DNA from: a virus
Taxonomy: Duplodnaviria > Caudoviricetes
Length of the DNA: 28,855 nt
Reading direction: 5' to 3' (one strand)
IMG/VR virus record: IMGVR_UViG_3300030095_006070
Coordinates: 1 to 28,855 of that record
Part shown: positions 18,092 through 27,304 of the stretch, piece by piece
How the letters are laid out: every line of letters begins with the position of its first letter
Numbering within the stretch: the first letter of the stretch is position 1
Notes under the pieces: generated by a model
The model's input: only the letters and a program-made list of their open reading frames with translations
Databases searched by the model: none
Told to the model about the DNA's origin: nothing
Position numbers and translations under genes: made by a program

Positions 18092-21000
18092 ATGCCACAA
18101 CAAACGAACCTCAACGTAGCTCCCTACTTTGACGATTTTGATTCTACAAATGATTATCATAAGGTATTATTTAAACCAGGATATCCTGTACAGGCTAGAG
18201 AATTAACTAGTCTACAGTCTATGCTGCAGGACCAGATTGAAAGATTTGGTCAACATTTCTTTAAAGAAGGTGCCAAAGTAATTCCAGGAAATACTGGATA
18301 TAATAGAATATATTATTGTATTCAATTAAATAATTCATTCCAAGGTGTTCCCGTATCTGCTTACGTTGATCAATTAGTTGGTACAAAAATAACTGGACAG
18401 AGATCGGGAGTAACTGCCTTTGTTGATAGTATTCTTCTTCCAGAAAATTCTGAAAATGGAAATTTAACTCTTTATATTAACTATCTTGCTTCTAGCACAG
18501 GAAATAACTCAACTCAAACTTTCTTTGATGGGGAACAACTTTCATCCAATGAAGTAATAACATCTGGACTTCTTGGAAACACCACTATTGCTGCCGGATC
18601 ACCTTTTGCATCAACAATAGAAAATAATGCATCTGCAATAGGATCTGCATTTCAAATTGATGAAGGAGTATATTTTGTAAGGGGAAATTTTGTAACTGTA
18701 AATAAAGAAACTTTAATTTTAGATCAATATTCAAATAATCCCAGTTATAGGATTGGATTATTTGTAAATGAAGAAATTATAAATGCAGATTTAGATGAAA
18801 CTCTCAATGATAATTCTCAGGGGTTTAATAATTATGCAGCTCCAGGTGCAGATAGACTTAGAATTAGTGTAAGTTTATTTAAAAAAGCACTTGATGATTT
18901 TAATGATGATAATTTTATTTTACTTGCAACGGTAATTGATGGTTCAATTCGAGATGATATTAGAAAATCTCTTTTTGGAGGTAGTGTTGGATTTAATGAT
19001 GTAACAGATACTCTTGCAAGAAGAACATTTGAGGAATCTGGTAATTATTATGTAAAAGCTTTTGACGTTAGTGCTGTAGAATCTTTAAATAATAATCTTG
19101 GTAATGGTGGAATATTTAATGTCGGACAATTTACTCCAGGTGGTGTAACCCCAACAGATGATCTTTTATTGTATAAAATTTCTCCTGGAAAAGCATATAT
19201 TAAAGGTTATGAAATCCAAACTATTAATGCTTCTTATCTTGATGTAGATAAACCAAGAACAACAAGAACGATTAAAGATCAAAATATAATTTATAGCACT
19301 GGACCAACACTAAAACTTAATAGAGTTTATAGGGCACCAACAGTAGGAATTGGAAATACTTATTTTGTAAGTTTACGTGATCAAAGAGTTGGAAGTAATT
19401 CGGAGACTCTTCCTGGAAATGAAGTTGGAATTGCAAGAATATATGACTTCAAATTAGAATCTGGATCTTATAGTACTTCTAATGCAAATGAGAATGAGTG
19501 GAACCTTGCTCTCTATGATGTTCAAACAATTACGGATATTGCATTAAATCAGGCACATACTTTATCGATTCCCACATTTATCAAAGGTGATAATAGTGGA
19601 GCTACTGGTTTCTTAAGACATGCAGTTTCTGTAGGAACGGCAATTACCGTTTATGAGACAAGTGGAAGTTTCATACCAAATGAAAAATTAATCTTTAATG
19701 GAATTGATAATGGTAGGATTGCTATTGCAGTTACAGAGCACGGTATTTCTGATGTCAAATCCGTGTATGGAACAAATAATGGAACAACAGGAATTAGCAC
19801 TTTTAGTGCAGATGTAATTCAATCAAATAAGTTTATTGTTGGAATTGCTACAGTAAGTCCACTTTCTGGTGGAATTAGCACTATTAAAAGTTCAAATGAG
19901 TCTTTCCCAGGAACTCTTGTTAAAGAAAATGATTTAATTCAATATAGTGATACAACTCCTGGATTAGATGGAGATCCAATTATTGCTAGAGTTACTAATG
20001 TAGGAACATCTGATATCTCTGTAGAGGGTGTTGCTGCTGTTACAGGAATTTCTAGTGGATTTTTGCCATCATCAACATTAAGTATAACAGATTTAAAAAT
20101 TCTTACTACTCAATTAGCAACATCTTCTGACAATTCTCTGTTTACTCCTTTACCCAAAGTAAATGTTTCAAATGTAGATCTTGCAGAAGCTTCTTTGGTC
20201 ATTAGAAAAACTTTTATTGTAAATATTGCAAGTAATGAGTTGTCTGCCCAAGTTGAAGCAGATACAAATGAATCATTCTTGCCTTTCGATGTAGAAAGAT
20301 ATCTTTTGATCCGATCAGATGGATCTACAGAATCCTTGAGTGGTGATAAATTTGATATTGCTACTAACGGATCTACTTTACAAATTCGTAGTCTTGGAAG
20401 CAATGATACTGGTGCAACTTTAATTGCAACTCTTCGTAAAGTAAAACCAAAAGCAAAAGAAAAAATTAAAAATAGAGTCAACTCTGTTGTTGTAAATAAA
20501 TCAAAACTTGCAGGTTCTGGAATTGGAGGAACAACTTTAAATAATGGATTGACTTACGGCAATTACCCCTTTGGTGTCAGAGTTGAAGATGAAGTAATTT
20601 CATTAAATACTCCAGATATTATTGAAATTCACGGAGTTTTTGAATCAGCAGATACGTCTCTACCATCTGCTCCCCAAATTGTATTCCAATCAATTAATAC
20701 AAATTCCACAACAACATCAGAATTGTTGATTGGAGAAAAATTTGTTGGGCAAACAAGTGGTGCTGTAGGTATAATCGCAGAAAAATTAAATGATTCGAGT
20801 ATTTCCTTTCTTTATAAAAATGAAATTTCTTTAATAGAAGGAGAAACTGTAGAGTTTGAAGAATCAAACTCTAGTGCATTGGTATCATCTCTATCATCTC
20901 CCAGTTTTAATATTTCTTCCAATTACACATTTAGAACGGGTCAAGAAATTACTTTCTATGATCAGGGAAGAATCAAGAGAAAAAATGATGCCTCGCCGCC

Positions 21001-24000
21001 ATCAAAACAAATCAAAATTTATTTTGCAAGTGCATCATATTCAAATACAGATGATGGAGACATAACAACTGTCAACTCATATAGACAGTTTAACTATGCA
21101 AATGAAATTAAAAAAATTAATATTTTTAGAAACTCTGATATTATTGATATTAGACCTAGGGTTTCTAATTACGAAGTAGCAGAAAATTCAAGATCTCCAC
21201 TTGAATTTTTTGGAAGAACATTTGATGCATCTGGACAATCGGCAGCAAATCCATTAGCTTCAGATGAAGCTATTTTGACTGATATTTCTTATTATCAAGG
21301 AAGAATTGATAGGGTATTTTTGTCAAAAAATGGAAAATTTCAAGTTGTTTATGGAACTCCATCAGACAACCCTCAGAGACCAGATCCAGTCGATGATGCT
21401 ATTGAAATTTGTAGAGTAGAACTTCCAGCATATCTTGCAAATGTAAAGGATGCAAAACTTTCATTCTTGCAGCATAAAAGATATAAAATGCAAGATATCA
21501 AGGAACTCGAAAACAGAATCAAGAGCCTTGAATATTATACAACTCTTTCCTTACTAGAAAAAGAAACCGCTAATCTCTTTATTTCCGATAATGATGGTTT
21601 AAATAGATTTAAGTCTGGATTTTTTGTAGATAATTTTAATGACTTCTTGGCACAAGAAGATACTTTTAAACTTAACAATTCTATTGATAGAAAATATAAT
21701 GAACTAAGACCAAGACATTATACCAACTCTGTTGATATGATTTTTGGTCCTGTCGTAGATGCAGATCCAACTGCGGATTTAAATTTCTCTACAATAGAAG
21801 GAAACAATGTTAGAAAACAAAATGACATTGTAACACTTGACTATGCCGAAGTTGAATATATTAAACAAAATTTTGCTACAAGAACTGAAAGTGTCACTCC
21901 TTTCTTGATTAGTTTTTGGAGTGGAACAGTTGAACTAACTCCAGCAAGTGACAACTGGGTTGATACTGCAAGACTTGAAGCAAAAATTATTGATGTTGAA
22001 GGTGATTATGCATCAACATTTAGTGACATGGTGGAAAATGGAACTATTGATCCTCAAACAGGATTTGGTCCTATACTATGGAATTCATGGGAAATTAATT
22101 GGGTTGGTATTGAAGTTGTTGAATCAACAAGACAAAGAGTCATTCAAAACACTCCTGATACTATTATCCAAGGAAGTGGAAACTCTATAAGTTGGTCAAA
22201 TAGAACTGTTATTGATAATATCGTTGAGGAGGATATTGAAACATCTATAGAATTTGGAACTAACTCAAGAACTGGATCTAGAACTATTGTAACAGAACAA
22301 TTTGATCGTGAATCGGTAGGTGATAGGGTTGTAAGTAGGGACCTCATTCCATTCATGAGATCTCGGAATGTTGAATTTGTGGCCAAAAAAGTAAAACCAC
22401 TTACTAGATTATATGCATTTTTTGATGGAGTAGATATTTCCAAATATTGTGTTCCAAAATTACTTGAAATTACAATGGAATCTGGAGTTTTTGAAGTTGG
22501 AGAAACTGTAATTGGAAATAGTTCAGTTATTGGTGATATTGGATCAAATTCTCTTCCATCTTCTCCATTCATCCAATTCAGAGTTGCACAATCTAATCAT
22601 AAAGAAGGTCCATATGATTCAGCAACAAAAACTTTCCGTCAAAATCCATACAATTCTCAAGATTTGTCTGGTGCATACTCATCAACATCAACTATTTTAA
22701 ATGTAGATACATTTTCACTTTCCAATGAAGTCCAGGGTCAATACTATGGTTGGATTAGGGAGGGAATGACTCTTCGTGGACAAACAAGTGGTGCTCTTGC
22801 AAAAGTTTCAAATGTAAGACTTATTTCTGATATATCGGCTACTTTAATTGGTAGTTACTATATTCCAGATCCAAACAATATGAGTTTCCCTAGATTTGAA
22901 ACTGGAAGTAAAGTATTTACTTTAACCGATGATATTGACAATAATCAAGATCAGTCTATTACAATTGCGGAAGAAGGATTTGCTTCTACAGGAACTTTAG
23001 AAACAGTTCAAGAAAATATTGTTTCTGTCAGAAATGCAAGAGTTGAAGCACAAGAACAATTCCAAAGTAATGATGTTGATAGAAACCTTGGAATCGAAAT
23101 TGTAGAATCTACAGTTATTGGTCAAAGATCAAGAACTCAAAGAGTAGGAACTAGATTTAATCGTCCACCTGATCCACCACCACGTAGGTGGGGTGGTGGA
23201 CGCGATCCTCTGTCACAATCATTTATGGTTGAAGATACTACAGGAGTATTCTTAACTAGTTGTGACGTTTTCTTTAGATCAAAAGATGATATGGATATTC
23301 CAGTTATCATCCAAATTAGAACCATTGTAAATGGACTTCCATCAACTAGAATTCTTCCATTCTCTGAAGTCGTTTTAGATCCAGATGAAGTTCAAACTTC
23401 ATCTGATGGATCTGTTGCAACTAATATTCAGTTTAAGGCCCCCGTTTATGTTGAAGGTCTAACTGAGTATGCAGTAACTCTATTATCAAACTCAACTAAG
23501 TATAGTGTTTATATTTCAAGAGTTGGTGAAAATGATATTATAACTGATACATTTATTTCAAATCAACCATATCTTGGATCACTATTCAAATCTCAAAATG
23601 GATCGACATGGGAACCAAGTCAGTGGGAAGATCTTAAGTTTACTCTTTATAGAGCAGATTTCCTTGAAAATGGATCTGTAGAATTCTACAGTCCAGAACT
23701 TACGAGAGGGAATAATCAAATTCCAAAACTTCTTCCAGATTCAATTATAATGAACTCTAGACAAATTAGAGTTGGTCTTGGAACTACAGTAGCAGATTCT
23801 TATGAGATTGGAAATACATTCTCACAACAAGGAACAAATGCAACTGGAGATCTTGTAGGAGTAGCCGCATCTGCTGTTGGAAATCTCACTATCAGTAATG
23901 CTGGTCTTGGATATACTCCTGCAGATGGAAGTCAAACCTTCTCCGGAGTAAATCTAATTACCCTTACTGGCAATGGTAGAGGTGCAACAGCAGACATTAG

Positions 24001-25663
24001 TATTGTAAATGGAAGTATTGTTGCTAGTGGAGCAACAATTGCAAACAATGGAGGATCTGGATATCAGGTCGGTGATGTTCTTGGTATTACTACAATTGGA
24101 ATAGCATCAGTTGGTACTAATGCAAGATTAACCATTGCTGGAATTGGAATTACAAATGAACTAGTATTTAACAATGTTCAAGGTGAATTTGTTGTTGGTG
24201 CAGCAAAAACACTAATGTACACCAACAGTTCTGGTATCACAACAGAACTAAATTCTTCTGGTTCTGCTGGTCTCGGAACTGGTGGAAATGTTCAAATTTC
24301 AACAATCAATGTTGATTCTGATGGAACTCATTTTACAGTTAATCATCAAAACCACGGAATGTATTTTGCTGATAATGTAGTTAAAATGTCTGGGGTCCTT
24401 CCAGACATTAGACCGACTAAATTAACTGCGGAATTTGTTTCTGGGTCTACTGGATCAATAGTAGTTGGTGGAGCAACAACATTCTCAACTTTTGAGGGAG
24501 TTGGAGTTGGAACCACTAATGTTGGATATCTATTAATCGGTGAAGAAATTATTGAATATACAAATGTTTCTGGAAATACAATTGGTGGTAATATTGTAAG
24601 AGGCACTGATCCAAGAACTTATCCAATTGGAACTCCAGTATTTAAATATGAAAACTCTGGTATTAGTCTCCAAAGGGTTAATACATCTCATAATTTAAAT
24701 AATGTGACAGAGATAAATCCATTTACATTTGATTCATATAAAGTCAAAATTGATATGAGTACAACTACAGGAACTGATAGAAGTACTGATATTGGTCACC
24801 CAAAACTTTATATTGGCAATACTAAGTCAACTGGTGGAAGAAATATAAGGGCTACTCAAAATATGCCATTTGAAATTATTACTCCACAAGTTCAAAATCT
24901 TACGCTTACTGGAACAAATATTACTGCTCAAGTAAGAACAACTACTAGTAAGAGTTTTAGTGGTAATGAAATCCCATTTGTTGATTCTGGATTTGAAGAC
25001 ATCACGATCAATCAAAAAAATTATTTTGATACTCCAAGGATGATTGCATCTAAAGTAAATGAAGATTTGAAATTGACTAATGTTGTTGGTAATAAATCAA
25101 TGCAAATGAGTCTTGCATTGAACACCACTGATAATCGTTTAAGTCCTGTTGTCGATGCTCAAAGAGTAAATGCAATTGTAACTTCCAATAGGGTCAATAA
25201 TATTATTGAAAATTATGCAACTGATTCTAGAGTCAGTGCCATCACCTCAGATCCTACAGCATGTCAATACGTATCAAAAGAGATTGTTATTGAAAATTCT
25301 GCATCATCAATTAAAGTTATATTATCTGCACACATTGGTGATGATGCTGATATTAGAGCATTTTATTCGGTAAATAATAAAATTGGACTTGATCCAATAT
25401 TTACTCCATTCCCCGGATACTCAAACTTGAATTCTAGAGGTCAAGTAATTGCCTCAGAAAATAGTAATGGTGAATCTGATTCATTCATCACAAAGTCAAT
25501 TGCTCGGTCATTTGATAGTGAAAAACTTGATTATAGAGAATACACATTTACAGCTGATCAACTTCCATCATTCAAAACATACCGAATAAAAATCTCACTG
25601 ACATCTAAGAGTCAGTGTTTTGTTCCTAGGATCAAAGACCTAAGAGTAATTGCTTTAGCATAA
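18092..25663 (+). CDS. vrlC: Large virion structural protein, VrlC/DUF4815-like (2523 aa)
   Basis: N-terminal NVAPYFDDFD..KVLFKPGYPVQARELTSLQ, NYAAPGADRL, core MQDIKELENRIKSLEYYTTLSLLE..RFKSGFFVDNF, DPLSQSF, YLGSLFKSQNGSTW and C-terminal PRIKDLRVIALA. Occupies the post-gp8 slot usual in cyanomyoviruses. Confidence 0.85.
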   Translation: MPQQTNLNVAPYFDDFDSTNDYHKVLFKPGYPVQARELTSLQSMLQDQIERFGQHFFKEGAKVIPGNTGYNRIYYCIQLNNSFQGVPVSAYVDQLVGTKITGQRSGVTAFVDSILLPENSENGNLTLYINYLASSTGNNSTQTFFDGEQLSSNEVITSGLLGNTTIAAGSPFASTIENNASAIGSAFQIDEGVYFVRGNFVTVNKETLILDQYSNNPSYRIGLFVNEEIINADLDETLNDNSQGFNNYAAPGADRLRISVSLFKKALDDFNDDNFILLATVIDGSIRDDIRKSLFGGSVGFNDVTDTLARRTFEESGNYYVKAFDVSAVESLNNNLGNGGIFNVGQFTPGGVTPTDDLLLYKISPGKAYIKGYEIQTINASYLDVDKPRTTRTIKDQNIIYSTGPTLKLNRVYRAPTVGIGNTYFVSLRDQRVGSNSETLPGNEVGIARIYDFKLESGSYSTSNANENEWNLALYDVQTITDIALNQAHTLSIPTFIKGDNSGATGFLRHAVSVGTAITVYETSGSFIPNEKLIFNGIDNGRIAIAVTEHGISDVKSVYGTNNGTTGISTFSADVIQSNKFIVGIATVSPLSGGISTIKSSNESFPGTLVKENDLIQYSDTTPGLDGDPIIARVTNVGTSDISVEGVAAVTGISSGFLPSSTLSITDLKILTTQLATSSDNSLFTPLPKVNVSNVDLAEASLVIRKTFIVNIASNELSAQVEADTNESFLPFDVERYLLIRSDGSTESLSGDKFDIATNGSTLQIRSLGSNDTGATLIATLRKVKPKAKEKIKNRVNSVVVNKSKLAGSGIGGTTLNNGLTYGNYPFGVRVEDEVISLNTPDIIEIHGVFESADTSLPSAPQIVFQSINTNSTTTSELLIGEKFVGQTSGAVGIIAEKLNDSSISFLYKNEISLIEGETVEFEESNSSALVSSLSSPSFNISSNYTFRTGQEITFYDQGRIKRKNDASPPSKQIKIYFASASYSNTDDGDITTVNSYRQFNYANEIKKINIFRNSDIIDIRPRVSNYEVAENSRSPLEFFGRTFDASGQSAANPLASDEAILTDISYYQGRIDRVFLSKNGKFQVVYGTPSDNPQRPDPVDDAIEICRVELPAYLANVKDAKLSFLQHKRYKMQDIKELENRIKSLEYYTTLSLLEKETANLFISDNDGLNRFKSGFFVDNFNDFLAQEDTFKLNNSIDRKYNELRPRHYTNSVDMIFGPVVDADPTADLNFSTIEGNNVRKQNDIVTLDYAEVEYIKQNFATRTESVTPFLISFWSGTVELTPASDNWVDTARLEAKIIDVEGDYASTFSDMVENGTIDPQTGFGPILWNSWEINWVGIEVVESTRQRVIQNTPDTIIQGSGNSISWSNRTVIDNIVEEDIETSIEFGTNSRTGSRTIVTEQFDRESVGDRVVSRDLIPFMRSRNVEFVAKKVKPLTRLYAFFDGVDISKYCVPKLLEITMESGVFEVGETVIGNSSVIGDIGSNSLPSSPFIQFRVAQSNHKEGPYDSATKTFRQNPYNSQDLSGAYSSTSTILNVDTFSLSNEVQGQYYGWIREGMTLRGQTSGALAKVSNVRLISDISATLIGSYYIPDPNNMSFPRFETGSKVFTLTDDIDNNQDQSITIAEEGFASTGTLETVQENIVSVRNARVEAQEQFQSNDVDRNLGIEIVESTVIGQRSRTQRVGTRFNRPPDPPPRRWGGGRDPLSQSFMVEDTTGVFLTSCDVFFRSKDDMDIPVIIQIRTIVNGLPSTRILPFSEVVLDPDEVQTSSDGSVATNIQFKAPVYVEGLTEYAVTLLSNSTKYSVYISRVGENDIITDTFISNQPYLGSLFKSQNGSTWEPSQWEDLKFTLYRADFLENGSVEFYSPELTRGNNQIPKLLPDSIIMNSRQIRVGLGTTVADSYEIGNTFSQQGTNATGDLVGVAASAVGNLTISNAGLGYTPADGSQTFSGVNLITLTGNGRGATADISIVNGSIVASGATIANNGGSGYQVGDVLGITTIGIASVGTNARLTIAGIGITNELVFNNVQGEFVVGAAKTLMYTNSSGITTELNSSGSAGLGTGGNVQISTINVDSDGTHFTVNHQNHGMYFADNVVKMSGVLPDIRPTKLTAEFVSGSTGSIVVGGATTFSTFEGVGVGTTNVGYLLIGEEIIEYTNVSGNTIGGNIVRGTDPRTYPIGTPVFKYENSGISLQRVNTSHNLNNVTEINPFTFDSYKVKIDMSTTTGTDRSTDIGHPKLYIGNTKSTGGRNIRATQNMPFEIITPQVQNLTLTGTNITAQVRTTTSKSFSGNEIPFVDSGFEDITINQKNYFDTPRMIASKVNEDLKLTNVVGNKSMQMSLALNTTDNRLSPVVDAQRVNAIVTSNRVNNIIENYATDSRVSAITSDPTACQYVSKEIVIENSASSIKVILSAHIGDDADIRAFYSVNNKIGLDPIFTPFPGYSNLNSRGQVIASENSNGESDSFITKSIARSFDSEKLDYREYTFTADQLPSFKTYRIKISLTSKSQCFVPRIKDLRVIALA

Positions 25664-25887
25664 TGAATTTTTACGAATTAGACGGTCATAAGGATCTCGC
25701 AAGAGATCCTTCAACAAATGCAGTATTAAATGTGAATAGTCTTGAATATCAACAGTATCTTGCGAGACGTGAAGTCAAATCTGAAAAGAATGATAAGATA
25801 CAAAACATTGAAGATGATTTTGCTAATATGAAGAGTGAATTAAACGAAATTAAATCTCTATTAAAGGAGTTAATACATGGATCCTGA
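25663..25887 (+). CDS. Conserved hypothetical protein with C-terminal coiled coil (74 aa)
   Basis: TAATG stop/start overlap with VrlC; heptad-like IQNIEDDFANMKSELNEIKSLLKELI. Confidence 0.8.
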   Translation: MNFYELDGHKDLARDPSTNAVLNVNSLEYQQYLARREVKSEKNDKIQNIEDDFANMKSELNEIKSLLKELIHGS

Positions 25888-26059
25888 TACTATAGAACTA
25901 AGCAACTTATCAAAGCAATTTGCTTATACTAAGATGGCATCACAGATAGATAGTTGTGATGATCGTGAAGAATTGAAAAATATTGCAAAATCTTTTTGCA
26001 AATTATATTATAAGCAGCAAGAAACAATGAAACTAATAGGAATAGTAGATGGCAACTAA
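25877..26059 (+). CDS. nblA: NblA-like small helical protein (putative phycobilisome degradation adaptor), 60 aa
   Basis: SD AAGGAG at 25864-25869. Size and the pattern EL.NL..QF....A.QI....REE.K...K...LY..Q.E resemble NblA (recalled as ELSLEQQF....F..QV..MS.EQA...L..LY.QM). CDS likely; functional call tentative. Confidence 0.6.
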   Translation: MDPDTIELSNLSKQFAYTKMASQIDSCDDREELKNIAKSFCKLYYKQQETMKLIGIVDGN

Positions 26060-26435
26060 AAACATTACTTTTGATCCCGATTCGGGAGTTCCTTATGGGT
26101 TAAATTTGACCATTTATGGTGGGTCAGATTTTTCAACAAACTTGAATGTTTTAGATACATCAAATGCTGCTTTTAATTTGACTGGTTATACTGGATCAGC
26201 AGCAATATCGAAAAGTGTTGCAGTTGGAGCAACACTTGGAATTACTACATCATTTACAGTAGGACTTACTAGTGCATTTGATGGCAAAATGTCAATATCA
26301 TTAGGAAGAACTGATACTAGGATCCTAAACGAAGGTAGATATATGTATGATGTCTTAGTTAGTTCTGGGTCAACTGTGTATAGTCTTGCCAATGGAAATG
26401 TTTATGTCTACAATCCAGTTTCATCAGCACCCTAA
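26049..26435 (+). CDS. Small beta-sandwich virion protein, BppU N-terminal-like (128 aa)
   Basis: NLTIYGGSDF, FNLTGYTG.A.I.K, G.MSISL....T..L..GRYMYDVLV and ..G.V.V pattern of BppU_N-like phage adaptor domains. AGGA SD at 26038-26041. Confidence 0.65.
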   Translation: MATKNITFDPDSGVPYGLNLTIYGGSDFSTNLNVLDTSNAAFNLTGYTGSAAISKSVAVGATLGITTSFTVGLTSAFDGKMSISLGRTDTRILNEGRYMYDVLVSSGSTVYSLANGNVYVYNPVSSAP

Positions 26436-26438
26436 ATA
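26432..26438 (+). promoter_or_regulatory. T4-type late promoter (CTAAATA) for gp13-gp14
   Basis: Overlaps the TAA stop of the upstream gene, 22 nt before ATG 26461. Confidence 0.7.
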
Positions 26439-26460
26439 CAGTTAGGAAACTTGTGAATAT

Positions 26461-27300
26461 ATGGCACAACCAGCAAGTAGATCAGATTTAATCAATTATT
26501 GTAAAAGGCAACTGGGTGCTCCAGTCCTTGAAATTAATATTGCCGACGAACAAGTAGATGATCTTGTGGATGATGCTCTTCAGTATTTTCATGAGAGACA
26601 TTTTGATGGAGTAGTTCAAACATATTTAAAATATAAAATAACTCAAGATGATATTGATAGGGGAAGAGGTAGAGGTGGAAGTAATCCAATAGGAATTGTA
26701 ACTACTACAGCAACTTCTACTGTTGGAATTGCATCTACTTTTTCTTATGAGGAAAATAGTAATTTTATTCAAGTTCCTCCTTCAGTAATAGGAATCAATA
26801 AAATTTTTAGATTTGATAATAGCACCATATCGGGAGGAATGTTTAGTTTAAAGTATCAATTATTTTTAAATGATTTATACTTCTTCAATTCTATGGAGAT
26901 GTTATCATATGCAATGACAAAAACATATCTCTCTGATATTGATTTTTTATTGAATACTGAAAAGCAAATAAGATTCAATCAAAGACAGGATAGATTGTAT
27001 TTGGATGTTGATTGGGGAAATGTGGAATTAGGAGAGTATATTGTTCTAGATTGTTGGAGACTTTTGGATCCAAATGATTTTACAAGAGTTTATAATGATT
27101 CATTTTTGAAAAAATACTTAACTGCATTGATGAAAAGGCAGTGGGGACAGAATTTAATTAAATTCCAAGGAGTTAAACTTCCAGGTGGAATTGAATTAAA
27201 TGGAAGACAAATATATGATGATGCTGAGAAAGATTTGGAAATAATTAGAGAGCAGATGTCAAATACATATGAACTTCCACCTCTTGATATGATAGGTTGA
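26461..27300 (+). CDS. gp13: Neck protein gp13
   Basis: L..YC.RQLGAPVLEINI..EQVDD, HFDG, FLKKYLTALMKRQWGQNLIKFQGVKLPGGIELNG and C-terminal PPLDMIG match T4 gp13. Confidence 0.95.
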   Translation: MAQPASRSDLINYCKRQLGAPVLEINIADEQVDDLVDDALQYFHERHFDGVVQTYLKYKITQDDIDRGRGRGGSNPIGIVTTTATSTVGIASTFSYEENSNFIQVPPSVIGINKIFRFDNSTISGGMFSLKYQLFLNDLYFFNSMEMLSYAMTKTYLSDIDFLLNTEKQIRFNQRQDRLYLDVDWGNVELGEYIVLDCWRLLDPNDFTRVYNDSFLKKYLTALMKRQWGQNLIKFQGVKLPGGIELNGRQIYDDAEKDLEIIREQMSNTYELPPLDMIG

Positions 27301-27304
27301 CGTT

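Noticed and set aside
3816-25663. Intein, intron or homing endonuclease as the cause of the giant ORFs
   Set aside because: No Hint-type N-terminal block with a matching HN-[CST] end, no LAGLIDADG/HNH/GIY-YIG motif noticed, and the frames are uninterrupted.
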